A model generated the notes under the pieces. That model had not been told where the DNA came from, made no database searches, and was given only the letters and a program-made list of their open reading frames with translations. 64,000 nt of DNA from Candidatus Abyssobacteria bacterium SURF_17 (GTDB taxonomy: Bacteria > Abyssobacteria > SURF-5), in NCBI GenBank assembly GCA_003598055.1, contig QZKI01000022.1, forward strand, positions 15,566 through 79,565, in the 5' to 3' direction. Positions 46,541 through 58,321 of this stretch are shown here, in pieces; position 1 is the first letter of the stretch, and every line of letters starts with the position of its first letter. The translations under genes and the position numbers were made by a program.

Positions 46541-49208
46541 CCGTCGCCTGCTTCCGGAGGTCCCTCGCATCCTTATCTGGCTTCTTCTTCTGGGTCTTTG
46601 CCTGTCTGACATTCTGTCGCCTGCGCGAGAACAGTTGCTGCCAGACGAGAACAACAGGAGCGGCTATGAACACCGTCGAATATGTTCCGCTGATGAGGCC
46701 GATAAAGAGTGTGAAGGAGAAGTCTCGGGTGACCTCGCTTCCGACGAAGAAGAGAACGAGGACGACGAACAGCACCGTAAGCGATGTGATGATGGTACGC
46801 GAGAGCGTTTCATTTATACTCTCATTGAGCAGCTTAGTGAATTCCTGTCCACGGCGCAGGCGCATGTTTTCGCGGACCCGGTCGAATATGACTATCGTAT
46901 CGTTAATGGAGTAACCGAAGATGGTCAGAAGCGCGGCGACCACCGGCAGTTGTATCTGACGGCCCGTGAGCGCGAGCGCGCCCATTGTGATAAGCACATC
47001 GTGAAATAATGCAACGACGCCGCCGATACCGAACCGGAATTCGAACCGGAGCGCGACATAGATGAGAATACCGATGGTTGAATAGAGGATAGCAAGCAGG
47101 GCTTTGTTGCGCAGGTCTGCGGTTACGGCTGCACCGACCTCTTCCGTCCGCTCAACCTCGAAGGGGGTCTGAACGGCCCCCCGGAGCACATCGGCGATTT
47201 TCTGACCTACCAAAACCGCGCTATCATGCTCCTCGGCTGATTCGTCGGCTTCGGCTTCCACCGTGGTCCGGATAAGGATGTCCCGCGGGCTTCCGTACTG
47301 CTGGACCACGGTCTCTGTGAGCCCCCCGGCAGAGAGAGCGCTCCGAACCGCCTGCGTGGTGACTGGCTCGTCAAACCGGACGTGGAGGACCGTGCCGGGC
47401 GCAAAGTCGACGCCGAGGTTGTCGTTGCCGCGGACGACGAATGTACCCATCCCTATCAGGATGACTGCGAGCGATATCGCGATTGCCACATACCTCACCG
47501 AAATGAAATTGATGCTTGGTTTGGACAGTGCCTGCAGCATGGTAATCTGGCTTATCCACCGGCGCTGCGTGAGGAGGTCAAAGATTGTGCGAGTGACAAA
47601 CAGGGCGGTAAACAAGCTGATGATAAGACCGACGGTGAGCGTCACTGCAAATCCCTTCACGGGTCCCGTGCCGAACTGGAACAGAACCGCGGCGGTGATG
47701 AGGGTCGTGAGGTTTCCGTCGAATATCGGGAGGAACGCCTTCGCGTATCCCGTGTCGATGGCTGACCGCAATGTCTTCCCCTTGCGGAGTTCCTCGCGTA
47801 TCCGCTCGAATACGAGCACGTTTGCGTCAACGGCCATGCCGATGGTGAGGATGATTCCTCCGATGCCGGGCAATGTGAGCGTGGCGCGGAAATAGGCGAG
47901 GAACGCGACCAGCGTCACGAGGTTCAAGATGAGCGCCAAATTCGCAATTGCGCCCGCAACCCGGTAGTACACAATCATGAAGATTGCCACGATGAAAAGG
48001 CTAGCGAGCGCGGCCCTGAATCCGTACTTAATGGATTCGATGCCGAGCGTCGGGCCTACGGTGCGCTGCTCGATGATTCGCACCGGCGCGGGCAGAGCGC
48101 CCGAGCGCAACACGATGGCGAGGTCCTCGGCTTCCTGGGGCGTGAACTGACCGGTAATCTGGCCGTACGTGGTTATCTTCGACCTGATTGACGGAGCCGA
48201 CTCGACGACTCCGTCCAGCACGATGGCCAACTGCTTATGGAGGTTCGCTTCGGTGAGCTTCCCAAATGCCGAGGAACCCGTGCGACTCAGTTGAAAGTCA
48301 ACGGCGGATGACCCCAACTCATCCCTGCCGATGCGTGCGTCCACAAGGTCCGCGCCGGTGACCGAAGCTTCTCTCTCGAGGAGGTAGTACGCTTGTTGGC
48401 CTTCAATTCTCTCTGATTGCAGCGGCGCGAGGAACGTGTTGGCGGGAAGTCTCTGATTATACCGGCCGAGCAATACGTATTCGGGCGCAGGCCCGTCCAC
48501 CACAATGTGAAAGCTGAGTTGGGCTGTGCGGCCAATCAAATCGATGACACGCTCAGGGTCTTCCACGCCGGGCAATTGCACGAGGATCCTGTCGTTGCCT
48601 TGTCGCTGGATAACCGGCTCGGCCACCCCGAACTCATCGATGCGGTTGCGCATGGTCTCGAGCGCCTGTTTGACCGATATCGTTTTCAGATAAGAGAATC
48701 GGTCCGAGGACATGGAGACGAGCAGTTTGTCTCCGGCATCCTCAACGTCTAGGTCCGTCGAGTACTGATTGATTGATTTCTTGGCTTCTTCCTTCACCGA
48801 GGCCGTCACAGGGATGACAATCGTGTGGTTCTCGACCGAGAGCGAGCCCACGATCACTCGATTCTCGATGAAATACCTGCGGAGATTGTTCTTGAGGCGC
48901 ACCATCTCGTTGGTGATGGCGGCGTCTGCGTCAACCTGAAGCACGAGGTGCATGCCGCCCTGCAGGTCGAGCCCCAGATTGACCGCTTTGGTCTTATCGC
49001 CCTTGTACCAGCGGTAAAAGTACGTGTTAACGTCCTCGGAGAGCGTCGGTTTGGGATGCTCAGCGTCGTATTTCCGGTATTCCTCCATGAGCGCTTTGCG
49101 CTCGGTGTTGTCGAGCGTCGCCCATTTGATCGTCGGGTAAAGATACCATATGGCCAGCAGAACGACGACGCCAATGAGCGCGAACCGCCAGCCGAGTTTT
49201 TTCCGCAT
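46527..49208 (-). CDS. secDF: fused protein-export membrane protein SecD-SecF
   Basis: 893 aa. N-terminal TM plus a large periplasmic domain, two 6-TM modules, and a basic C-terminal tail. Confidence 0.9.
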   Translation of the reverse strand: MRKKLGWRFALIGVVVLLAIWYLYPTIKWATLDNTERKALMEEYRKYDAEHPKPTLSEDVNTYFYRWYKGDKTKAVNLGLDLQGGMHLVLQVDADAAITNEMVRLKNNLRRYFIENRVIVGSLSVENHTIVIPVTASVKEEAKKSINQYSTDLDVEDAGDKLLVSMSSDRFSYLKTISVKQALETMRNRIDEFGVAEPVIQRQGNDRILVQLPGVEDPERVIDLIGRTAQLSFHIVVDGPAPEYVLLGRYNQRLPANTFLAPLQSERIEGQQAYYLLEREASVTGADLVDARIGRDELGSSAVDFQLSRTGSSAFGKLTEANLHKQLAIVLDGVVESAPSIRSKITTYGQITGQFTPQEAEDLAIVLRSGALPAPVRIIEQRTVGPTLGIESIKYGFRAALASLFIVAIFMIVYYRVAGAIANLALILNLVTLVAFLAYFRATLTLPGIGGIILTIGMAVDANVLVFERIREELRKGKTLRSAIDTGYAKAFLPIFDGNLTTLITAAVLFQFGTGPVKGFAVTLTVGLIISLFTALFVTRTIFDLLTQRRWISQITMLQALSKPSINFISVRYVAIAISLAVILIGMGTFVVRGNDNLGVDFAPGTVLHVRFDEPVTTQAVRSALSAGGLTETVVQQYGSPRDILIRTTVEAEADESAEEHDSAVLVGQKIADVLRGAVQTPFEVERTEEVGAAVTADLRNKALLAILYSTIGILIYVALRFEFRFGIGGVVALFHDVLITMGALALTGRQIQLPVVAALLTIFGYSINDTIVIFDRVRENMRLRRGQEFTKLLNESINETLSRTIITSLTVLFVVLVLFFVGSEVTRDFSFTLFIGLISGTYSTVFIAAPVVLVWQQLFSRRRQNVRQAKTQKKKPDKDARDLRKQATDESS

Positions 49209-49339
49209 TTATTGCCTCCAACAGATTTGGGGTTGCCAGATTACAGGAGCCTTATGCATTCTCACGAATTCCGCCTTCTCCTCGCGTAACGATAATGAAC
49301 AATGAACCTATCCGGCGACGGTAGCCTCGGGAATATATT

Positions 49340-49369
49340 GCAGGGGCACGGCACGCCGTGCCCCTGCAG
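49340..49369. repeat. perfect 30-bp palindrome TGCAGGGGCACGGCACGCCGTGCCCCTGCA (REP-like)
   Basis: Exact reverse-complement halves. GC-stem family similar to GGGCGCA...TGCGCCCC. Sits in the secDF-yajC spacer. Confidence 0.45.
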
Positions 49370-49508
49370 GCAAACGAGCAAACTATTGACTTCATATCAC
49401 GTTCGTTCACAATGGCATGGTTTCGTAAGGGCGGCCCTGTGTGACGGTCGGTAGCAAGCCATGCCGGGCGCCCCACTGAACTGCAAACGTGACCGGCTGA
49501 AGCAACCG

Positions 49509-49847
49509 CTACTCCTCCGCCCTCTTCCCAACTTCTTCTCGTTCGCGCACAGTCGCGATTGCGCCGAGGGTGAAGCGAAGGTTTACCTTCTCAGCGACCT
49601 CAACGATAACGTCTTTGTCGCTTACTTTGACGACGACGCCGTACAGGCCGCCGGTCGTTATCACCTTATCGCCCTTTTTCAAGCTTTTCAGCATTTCCTG
49701 ATGCTGACGCTGCTTCTTTGATTGGGGACGAATGAGGAGGAAGTAAAAGACCACGAACATCAGGATGAGCGGAACGAACATGCCTCCGAGGGGGCCAAAA
49801 GGTCCGCCGCCCTGCTGTGCCTCAGCCGCATATGCCAGAGATTCCAT
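49509..49847 (-). CDS. yajC: preprotein translocase subunit YajC
   Basis: 112 aa. Single TM plus the conserved LKKGDKVITTGGLYGVV motif. Confidence 0.85.
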   Translation of the reverse strand: MESLAYAAEAQQGGGPFGPLGGMFVPLILMFVVFYFLLIRPQSKKQRQHQEMLKSLKKGDKVITTGGLYGVVVKVSDKDVIVEVAEKVNLRFTLGAIATVREREEVGKRAEE

Positions 49848-49870
49848 AGTCCTCCGCCGTTCGGTTGTCG

Positions 49871-51040
<1,170 letters not shown>

Positions 51041-51115
51041 TTCTTGGCCTACCTCTCGGCCCGCGTCTTTCGTCTTTCCCAATTCCCCTTCAGCGATTGT
51101 TTCCTGCTTGTGTAG

Positions 51116-51187
51116 GTGCGAATTTATTCGCATGCGGATGACGAAAACAAGCCGGAAAAACCATGCGAATGAATTCGCACCTACAGA
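51116..51187. repeat. inverted pair of the TGCGAAT-AA-ATTCGCA / CCTAC element (BIME-like)
   Basis: GTAGGTGCGAATTTATTCGCAT at 51116-51137 is the reverse complement of the ATGCGAATGAATTCGCACCTACAGAC unit at 51161-51186. Confidence 0.5.
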
Positions 51188-51243
51188 CAAACATACCAGA
51201 TTGCGAATTAGGGGACAGATTCCGCTTCCCCTTTTCCCCCTTT

Positions 51244-52278
51244 TTACAGGATGAGCATGGCATCGCCGTAACTGTAGAACCGGAATTGTTCTTTGACCGC
51301 CGTTTCGTATGCCCGCATGATGAGGTCGCGGCCTGCAAAGGCGCACACGAGCAGGAGCAGCGAGCTGCGCGGCAGGTGAAAATTCGTTATGAGCGCGTCG
51401 GCGGAGCGGAACGTATGGCCCGGATAAATGAAGATGTCGGCAATCCCTTCGCCCGCCTCATATTCGCCTTTTTCCGTGACCACCGTCTCGAGGAGCCGGA
51501 GCGTGGTTGTGCCGACTGCTATCACTCGTCCTTCGCGTCGCCGCACCTCGTTCAGACGACGAGCGGTTTTTGCAGTCATCCGGTAGCGCTCCGGGAAAAT
51601 CGTGTTCTTCTCAACCTCCTCGTGCTCGAGCGGCTGAAAAGTTCCCAGGCCTATATGTAAGGTGACGAACTCGACCGAGACACCCTTGTCGGAAAGCTCC
51701 TTCAGGAGTTCCGAGGTGAAATGGAGCCCCGCGGTCGGCGCGGCGGAGGCCCCTTCCCTTCGCGCAAACACCGTCTGGTATCTATGAATGTCGTCTGATT
51801 CGGCCTCGCGCCTGATGTACGGAGGAAGCGGAATCTCACCTACCCGCCAGCAGAGGCGCCTGACGTCACCTACGGAAAATTTGAGCGTCTTTATCGCGCC
51901 CCGGTCCTCTACGACTTCCACGGTATCGGCCTGTCGCGCGCCTTCTATCGAAAGAAGTGTTCCCGCCTTCAGGCGGCGGCCCGGGCGCGCCATCGCTTCC
52001 CACGTGCCCTTCTCAATCTCGTTCAACAGAAGCAGCTCAACGTGAGCTCCCGTTTCCACTTTTCGCGCACGGAGACGTGCAGGAAACACTTTGGTGTCAT
52101 TCAGGACCAGAGCATCCCCGCTTCCGAAATGACCGATGATTTCCGGGAATGTTCCGATGCGGATACTGTTGGATGCGCGGTCGACGACCATCAGGCGTGA
52201 ATGCCCTCTGCGCGGAGCAGGATGCTGGGCTATAAGCTCCGGCGGCAAGTCATAGTCGAAATCTGAAAGTTTCAGCAT
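51244..52278 (-). CDS. queA: S-adenosylmethionine:tRNA ribosyltransferase-isomerase
   Basis: MLKLSDFDYDLPPELIAQHP N-terminus is highly characteristic of QueA. About 345 aa. Confidence 0.9.
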   Translation of the reverse strand: MLKLSDFDYDLPPELIAQHPAPRRGHSRLMVVDRASNSIRIGTFPEIIGHFGSGDALVLNDTKVFPARLRARKVETGAHVELLLLNEIEKGTWEAMARPGRRLKAGTLLSIEGARQADTVEVVEDRGAIKTLKFSVGDVRRLCWRVGEIPLPPYIRREAESDDIHRYQTVFARREGASAAPTAGLHFTSELLKELSDKGVSVEFVTLHIGLGTFQPLEHEEVEKNTIFPERYRMTAKTARRLNEVRRREGRVIAVGTTTLRLLETVVTEKGEYEAGEGIADIFIYPGHTFRSADALITNFHLPRSSLLLLVCAFAGRDLIMRAYETAVKEQFRFYSYGDAMLIL

Positions 52279-52383
52279 CGGATGGTTCACCGGTCTGTAC
52301 TACTATCGTTCAATTTCATGATCTTCGTCGCGATTTTCCGGCGACATGCTGTATAGTAACCATGCAAACGAACTTGCACATGC

Positions 52384-52431
52384 AAGGGCGCAATAAATTA
52401 CGCCCCTCTGCGCCTGCCGTAGGGGCGCGAT
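52384..52431. repeat. REP-like GC hairpins with AATAAATT loop (GGGCGCAATAAATTACGCCCC ... GTAGGGGCGCGATTCATCGCGCCC)
   Basis: Links the GC-stem and AT-loop families: GTAG head, GGGCGC stems, AATAAATT loop. Confidence 0.4.
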
Positions 52432-53019
52432 TCATCGCGCCCGATCTGTTTGGTTGCGGCCGTGCCGCTCTATGCGAGCTTGAGACGAACCGGGCGAGTG
52501 GAATCGCTCCTTCTCGCTGTAAATGCAGCCGCAGTATTTCTGCCGGTACAGCCCCATTTCGCGCGACAGTTGGCGGGTCTGCGGCCAACCCGGCCGAAAA
52601 TCCTCGTAATAGAATTCGATTCCGTACTGCAATCCGGCGCTCTGGCCGACTTCGCGAATGAGGTCGTGCTTCTGATACGGGCTTACAAGGAGGGATGTGC
52701 TGAATGCATCGAACCCCTGGGCCGACGCTTCGCGAGCCGCTCGTGACAAGCGCAGGTGGTAGCATGCTACGCAGCGATTGCTTTCACGGTATGCGACAAG
52801 TCTGAAATACTCCTCCACATCGTACTCATTGCAAATCGTTGCCGGTATGGCCTCGATTTCGAGCAATTTCCTCGCCGAATCCAGCCGGAGGTTATGCTCG
52901 GCCAGCGGATGGATGTTGGGATTATAAAAGAATCCGTGCACATTGTGGCCTCGTTCCCGCAAAGTCTTCACGGGATAGGTGGCGCACGGTCCGCAGCAGA
53001 TGTGGAGAAGAAGCTTCAT
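52432..53019 (-). CDS. queH: epoxyqueuosine reductase QueH (DUF208)
   Basis: N-terminal MKLLLHICCGPCATYP (CCGPC signature of DUF208/QueH). 195 aa. Adjacent to queA and tgt. Confidence 0.8.
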   Translation of the reverse strand: MKLLLHICCGPCATYPVKTLRERGHNVHGFFYNPNIHPLAEHNLRLDSARKLLEIEAIPATICNEYDVEEYFRLVAYRESNRCVACYHLRLSRAAREASAQGFDAFSTSLLVSPYQKHDLIREVGQSAGLQYGIEFYYEDFRPGWPQTRQLSREMGLYRQKYCGCIYSEKERFHSPGSSQARIERHGRNQTDRAR

Positions 53020-53106
53020 GCGTAACTCGTAAGACTGTGCATTTCGACACAGGAGAATCCGGCTTGAAAAATGCAGGATTATAAGGCGCTGCCGATGGCC
53101 CTGAAA

Positions 53107-54129
53107 CTAAAACAGTTCTTTCTGCCGGCTGCCACGTTTGAAACCGAGGTGCTCGAATGCTCGGTCGGTCGCGACCCTTCCCTGCCGCGTGCGATTGACG
53201 AATCCGATTTTGAGAAGGTAGGGCTCGACCATATCTTCCAAGGTGTCCGCTTCCTCGTTCAACGTGGCCGAGAGCGCATTGATTCCGACGGGTCCGCCTC
53301 CGTAATGCTCGATAATCGTGTGGAGGAATTTTCTATCCAACTCGTCCAGCCCGCGGGCATCTATGCCCTCGAGATCGAGCGCCTCGACAGCGACTTGTTC
53401 TTCCACTCTACCGTCGCGTTTGACCTCGGCGAAATCGCGCACTCGCCTGAGCAATCGATTTGCCACTCGCGGGGTTCCGCGCGAGCGCTTCGCTAACTGG
53501 TCGACGGCCGGCGCTTCAATTTCTATTCCCAGGATACGGGACGAGCGCCAGATAATTTGTGCAATCTCTTCGGGAGGATAAAAATCGAGATAGTGATAGA
53601 TGCCGAATCGCTCGCGGAAGGGCGCTGTCAGAAAGCCTGCGCGGGTGGTTGCGCCGACGAGGGTGAAATGCTTGAGCTGCACCTTGATGCTCTTCGCGAA
53701 TGCCCCTTTGTCCACGAGGAAGTCCACCTGAAAATCCTCCATGGCCGGGTAGACGAACTCTTCGATTACTCTGGGGAGCCGATGGATTTCGTCGATAAAG
53801 AGCACGTCGCCGTGCTCGAGGTTCGTGAGAAGCCCCATGAGGTCGCCCGTTCGCTCGAGGGCAGGCCCGGAGGTGGCGACGAGGTTTGTGCCCATCTCGT
53901 GCGAGATCACGTTCGCGAGCGTCGTCTTGCCGAGACCCGGCGGGCCATAGAAAAGGACGTGTTCATGCGGCTCGCCGCGTCCGCGCGCCGCCTGAATCGA
54001 GATGGACAATTTCTCGACGATGTTCTTCTGGCCGATGTATTCGGAGAGCGTCTTCGGCCTGAGACTCCAACTGAAGGTCTCATCGACCTCGGAGAGCGGC
54101 CTGCCGTCAACGATGCGTTCGCGCGTCAT
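53107..54129 (-). CDS. ruvB: Holliday junction branch migration DNA helicase
   Basis: Walker A GPPGLGKTT, sensor motifs, C-terminal winged helix. 340 aa. Confidence 0.93.
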   Translation of the reverse strand: MTRERIVDGRPLSEVDETFSWSLRPKTLSEYIGQKNIVEKLSISIQAARGRGEPHEHVLFYGPPGLGKTTLANVISHEMGTNLVATSGPALERTGDLMGLLTNLEHGDVLFIDEIHRLPRVIEEFVYPAMEDFQVDFLVDKGAFAKSIKVQLKHFTLVGATTRAGFLTAPFRERFGIYHYLDFYPPEEIAQIIWRSSRILGIEIEAPAVDQLAKRSRGTPRVANRLLRRVRDFAEVKRDGRVEEQVAVEALDLEGIDARGLDELDRKFLHTIIEHYGGGPVGINALSATLNEEADTLEDMVEPYLLKIGFVNRTRQGRVATDRAFEHLGFKRGSRQKELF

Positions 54130-54773
54130 GATGTCATCTTTTCAGTGTGTGTCTCTCGCTGCTGCTTGAAAATCTCGCGGATGAGTTCTTCGGCGGTCTC
54201 CGCGTGCACATCCGAGGAAAGCGCACGGCGGAGGAGGATTTCCGATTCGGCGGCTGAGTAGCCGAGCTGGAGCAAAACGTCGATAACTTCGTCCTTGAAG
54301 TCGGGCTCATGCACCGGCCTGCTGGTCTCTTCATGGTCGCGGAGCAGCGCAAATTTCGCCAGTTTTCCGTTCAGCTCGGCGATGATTTTCTCTGCAGTAC
54401 GCCTGCCAATGCCCGGAAGCGAGATGAGCGCAGGAACGTCCTTGCACTCTATCGCCTTCGCAATCGACGGGACGGGAGCTGCAAGCGCCCTAAGCGCGAC
54501 ACGGATGCCCATGCCCTGCACGGTTATGAGTTTCTCGAAGAACTCGCGTTCGAGGTCGCTTAAGAACCCCGCGAGACGCGGAATCGGATTCGAGACGCCC
54601 ATTCCTCCTTCGAGGTAATGGAAGGTGAAGAACGTGACTTCCTTGCCGCGCAAGTTTCGCAGGCGGTGAACGATTCCGCTCGGGATCAGGAGGTCATAGG
54701 CGATGCCGTTGTGCTCGACAGTGGCCTTGTCTTCACGCAGTTGAATGAGCTTGCCCGTAATTCTCGAAATCAT
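54126..54773 (-). CDS. ruvA: Holliday junction DNA helicase subunit RuvA
   Basis: From the internal Met MISRITGKL...; two HhH motifs (LISLPGIGRRTAEKII). About 215 aa. 4-nt overlaps with ruvB and ruvC. Confidence 0.85.
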   Translation of the reverse strand: MISRITGKLIQLREDKATVEHNGIAYDLLIPSGIVHRLRNLRGKEVTFFTFHYLEGGMGVSNPIPRLAGFLSDLEREFFEKLITVQGMGIRVALRALAAPVPSIAKAIECKDVPALISLPGIGRRTAEKIIAELNGKLAKFALLRDHEETSRPVHEPDFKDEVIDVLLQLGYSAAESEILLRRALSSDVHAETAEELIREIFKQQRETHTEKMTS

Positions 54774-55285
54774 TGAGCAGTTGACTTTACTGGGGGCGAT
54801 GACAAACATCCGTGCATGAGCACATTGTGATGGCACAGCGCGACCGCGAGAGCGTCGGCCACGTCGGGCGGATGCGGCGCCTGGCGGAGCCCGAACACAT
54901 GCTGCACCATTCGCTGAACTTGCTCTTTGCTCGCTCGCCCGTGGCCGGCGAGCGAGTTCTTGATCCTTGTCGACGCGTAGCTGACAACGGGTATCCCTGC
55001 CTGGGCGGCCGTCACGCAGACGACGCCGCGCGCGTGCCCCATGAGAATCGCCGTGCGGGGATGCGCGTACTTGCTGTACAGCTCTTCGACAACCACAACG
55101 GTGGGAGCAAATTCGCGAATGACTTCCGTCATGCCGCGATGAATTTCAAGAAGTCTTGTTTCCAGAGGGTCTTTGTCACGACTGCGAAGCACTCCGGCCT
55201 CGACGAGGAGCGGTTGTCGTTCCGCCACATTGATGATTCCGTAGCCGGTGGCCGAGAGGCCGGGGTCAACCCCCATGATTCTCAC
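54770..55285 (-). CDS. ruvC: crossover junction endodeoxyribonuclease
   Basis: MRIMGVDPGLSATGYGII (RNase H-like DxG...), 171 aa. Confidence 0.88.
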   Translation of the reverse strand: MRIMGVDPGLSATGYGIINVAERQPLLVEAGVLRSRDKDPLETRLLEIHRGMTEVIREFAPTVVVVEELYSKYAHPRTAILMGHARGVVCVTAAQAGIPVVSYASTRIKNSLAGHGRASKEQVQRMVQHVFGLRQAPHPPDVADALAVALCHHNVLMHGCLSSPPVKSTAQ

Positions 55286-55341
55286 GGTGTCGGGGGATTC
55301 GCCGCCGGAGATTGGGCTGCTCTTTTTTCCGCGAATGCCGT

Positions 55342-56091
55342 TCAGCCTCCAATCTTTGCCATCACTTCTTCAGGAATATCGAAGTTGGAGTATACGTGCT
55401 GGACGTCGTCTTGCTCCTCGAGCGCATCCATAAGCCTCAGAGCCGACTCGGCGGTTTTTCCGTCCACACGCACCGTATTCTTTGGAAGCATCGTGATTTC
55501 CGCGCTCGCGACGGGAATGCCCTTCTTTTCGAGCTTTTCCTTCACATCTATCACTTCGTTCGGCGCTGTGACGATTTCGTGCGTATCGCTCTCGGACCGG
55601 ACATCTTCCGCGCCTGCCTCGAGGGCCGCGTCAAGCATCAGGTCCTCGGATGCATCTACGGCATTCACCAGTATGAGACCCTTTTTCTCAAAGTTCCAAG
55701 CGACGCATCCGGTTTCGCCGAGATTTCCGTTGTTTCGGCTCATAACGTGGCGGATTTCCGCAACGGTTCGTTTCTTGTTATCGGTGAGCACATCTATCAT
55801 GATGGCGACGCCGCCCGGGCCGTATCCTTCGTATGTCACTTCTTCAAAGGATATTCCGCCGAGCTCGCCCGTGCCCTTCTTGATTGCACGGTCGATGTTA
55901 TCATTGGGCATATTAGCGGCCTTGGCGGCATTGATGATGGTGCGCAGACGAGGATTAAAGTTGGGGTCGCCTCCCGCATCGCGAGCAGCAACCATGATCT
56001 CGCGAATCAGCTTGGAGAATATCTTTCCGCGTTTTGCGTCCTCTTTCGCTTTGATGTGCTTGACTTTACTCCATTTGGAATGGCCAGACAT
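55342..56091 (-). CDS. yebC: YebC/PmpR family DNA-binding transcriptional regulator
   Basis: [28 protein letters not shown] is the canonical N-terminus. Confidence 0.85.
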   Translation of the reverse strand: MSGHSKWSKVKHIKAKEDAKRGKIFSKLIREIMVAARDAGGDPNFNPRLRTIINAAKAANMPNDNIDRAIKKGTGELGGISFEEVTYEGYGPGGVAIMIDVLTDNKKRTVAEIRHVMSRNNGNLGETGCVAWNFEKKGLILVNAVDASEDLMLDAALEAGAEDVRSESDTHEIVTAPNEVIDVKEKLEKKGIPVASAEITMLPKNTVRVDGKTAESALRLMDALEEQDDVQHVYSNFDIPEEVMAKIGG

Positions 56092-56303
56092 AGACGTGCC
56101 CTTTCCCACGACGGCAGACAATCGCGCATTGTCTGATGCTCCGTCGCCCGCGCCGCAGTGATTACATCTACACCGTAACTCCTTAAATTATAACAGAAGA
56201 AGTCGTGTTTTTCAATGCGGTCGAGACCTCTGTAAGCGTCTCAATTTGCGGGTATTGCCGCTGTTATTCACTCCGGGGTCACCCGTAGGCCGCAAGCACC
56301 ATG

Positions 56304-57092
56304 TCACTTCGGTTTGCTGCAGCGGAAGATGAGGAAGTAAGCGATGGTGCGCGTGTCGGCCAGTTGGGGATATCGCCTGATAGTCTCCTCATCGGCATAT
56401 GGCTCTTCCATCCGCTCCAGAACAAAGCCTGCATCAACGAGCAGGTTGACCCAACTGCTGAGGGTTCGCCGGAAAACGGGAATCCTGAACTTCCCGAACT
56501 GCCGCTCCACTTCCGGCGGCGCGGCGCTGTGCATCCACTCTTCGACTTCATGTTCGGGGGGAAAGAAATAGTCGCCGCATTCGATTGCAACCTTTTTCCC
56601 TGATTCATCGTATATCCACTTCCAGCGTGGAGTTTGGAAGCACGGATGCGTGATAGAAAACTGAAAGGAACCGCCGGGCTTGATGATGCGCCAAATCTCG
56701 CGTATGACCTTTTCATGATCGGGAGTGTCCATCAGGCTCATGGTAGCAATCGCGAAGTCGAAGCAGGCGTCGGGAAAAGACAGGTCTGCGGCGTTCGCGC
56801 AGAGGTAGCGAATGCCGAGGGGCTGCTCCTTCTCTTTCTCACGCGCATGGGCCAGAAATTTTCCCGATATGTCGAGCGCGGTCATCCGGGCGCCGCGTCG
56901 GGCGACGAGGCGCGTATTATGCCCTTCGCCGCATCCTATGTCCAGGCCGCTGAGACCCGAAATGTCGGGGAGCATCTTTAAGAACGCCGGCGTGTTCACA
57001 TGGTCGCGATAGACGTCATACCCTCCGCGTGCAAGTCTGGTCCACACCTCGGCGTTTTCATCCCACCTCTTGCCTACATCTTTGTGGTCCAT
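56304..57092 (-). CDS. class I SAM-dependent methyltransferase
   Basis: Motif I LDIGCGEGHNT, motif post-I LDIS. 262 aa. Confidence 0.8.
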   Translation of the reverse strand: MDHKDVGKRWDENAEVWTRLARGGYDVYRDHVNTPAFLKMLPDISGLSGLDIGCGEGHNTRLVARRGARMTALDISGKFLAHAREKEKEQPLGIRYLCANAADLSFPDACFDFAIATMSLMDTPDHEKVIREIWRIIKPGGSFQFSITHPCFQTPRWKWIYDESGKKVAIECGDYFFPPEHEVEEWMHSAAPPEVERQFGKFRIPVFRRTLSSWVNLLVDAGFVLERMEEPYADEETIRRYPQLADTRTIAYFLIFRCSKPK

Positions 57093-57178
57093 GTGATACT
57101 CACCCTATCAGGAAGACCGTTTAAGAAAACGTTCGGCATCAGGCAGAATGAGAAGCCTCGGAAAAGCAGGCCCTAAAA

Positions 57179-58321
57179 TCATTCCTGCTGTTTGCTTTCC
57201 TTCCTGCCCTGCTTTTCCAGCAAATAAAGTCTGTGTATGTCGCCGAATCTGTTTGTGAGCTTGAACATTTTTCGCTTCAGGGGGCTTCCGGAATAAAAAT
57301 AAAGACCGCACGGTTCAACGGAATCAATAAGGCGCAGCTTGGTATAATTGTCAATCAAGCTGTAGTGAACACGCTTAATATTGTTCTTAATCGCGTAATC
57401 AAGCGAAGCTACTATTACGCGTTCATAGGCAAAGCTCTTCTGGGAATAATCACGGTTGAAACCTCCGAGGACTCCTCCCATATCTGAACCGCTGACCTGA
57501 AATGTATGGAACCCGGCGATCGTGCCATCCACACGCACAAGGAAATGAACATATTTATGTGAATTGAACACGTCTGTCTCAAAGATATTGTCCTCAAAGA
57601 ATTTCTGACAGGGAGTGTTGACTCGACTATTTTCGACTGAGCATTCAACACAGGACTTCATCTGTTTTCTATCCGGGTCAGAAACGGGGCCCTGCTGAAC
57701 CTCGGACGTGACATCCTTCCTCCTTCTTGCCAGGTTCTTCTTGAGACTCCGATGTTCAGCGAGATATTCGGATATGTCCTTATACCTTGTCGCATCGAGC
57801 CAGGCTTCTGAGGAAGAGGGATATTTAAGAAACCCTTCAGTTTGGTAGATATCATCATGAATCGACGTGTCCACGACTATGACCATATCGGCTTCTTTTT
57901 CATTCTTCAAATAGGCGAGAAACGCTTTCATGATATCATTTGCCATTGCCGGTTCTTGGTAGAAAAAGGGCCTCGTAAGATTTGACGTGATTAAATTGCG
58001 AAAGGATAAATAGACACAGTTGTTGGCAAGTACTGATAGACTCCCCGCCAATTGCCTCAGAAATCGGTTATTTCTTAAGGCTGAATAGGAAGTCCGGAGG
58101 TCAAATGGCCTGGTCCTTACGAAAAGCCCCAGCCCTATCAATTCATCATCCCTATAAACCTTCAAATAGAAGAAGCTCACTCGCGAAGTTGATCTTGCAA
58201 TCCATTCACCAAAGAGATCCCAGACATTATCGGACAGCTCCTGCTGTTTGAGATGTCTCGAGAATACCTCTTTCTCTTGTTCCGTCAGTGTTATCTCTTT
58301 TCTGCAGCATGTGGTATTCAT
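57179..58321 (-). CDS. FemAB / BioF2-like (GNAT superfamily) acyltransferase-family protein, in a lower-GC segment
   Basis: 380 aa. The SLKKNLARRRK segment resembles the S(K/R)xxRRxIRKA motif of the FemAB/Acetyltransf_6 family. The C-terminal half is GNAT-like. Local GC is visibly lower than in the flanking genes. Confidence 0.4.
   Translation of the reverse strand: MNTTCCRKEITLTEQEKEVFSRHLKQQELSDNVWDLFGEWIARSTSRVSFFYLKVYRDDELIGLGLFVRTRPFDLRTSYSALRNNRFLRQLAGSLSVLANNCVYLSFRNLITSNLTRPFFYQEPAMANDIMKAFLAYLKNEKEADMVIVVDTSIHDDIYQTEGFLKYPSSSEAWLDATRYKDISEYLAEHRSLKKNLARRRKDVTSEVQQGPVSDPDRKQMKSCVECSVENSRVNTPCQKFFEDNIFETDVFNSHKYVHFLVRVDGTIAGFHTFQVSGSDMGGVLGGFNRDYSQKSFAYERVIVASLDYAIKNNIKRVHYSLIDNYTKLRLIDSVEPCGLYFYSGSPLKRKMFKLTNRFGDIHRLYLLEKQGRKESKQQE

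Noticed and set aside
54812-56161. 449-aa and 274-aa plus-strand ORFs
   Set aside because: Antisense to ruvC and yebC, which are strongly supported. The composition is low-complexity Ser/Ala/Arg-rich.
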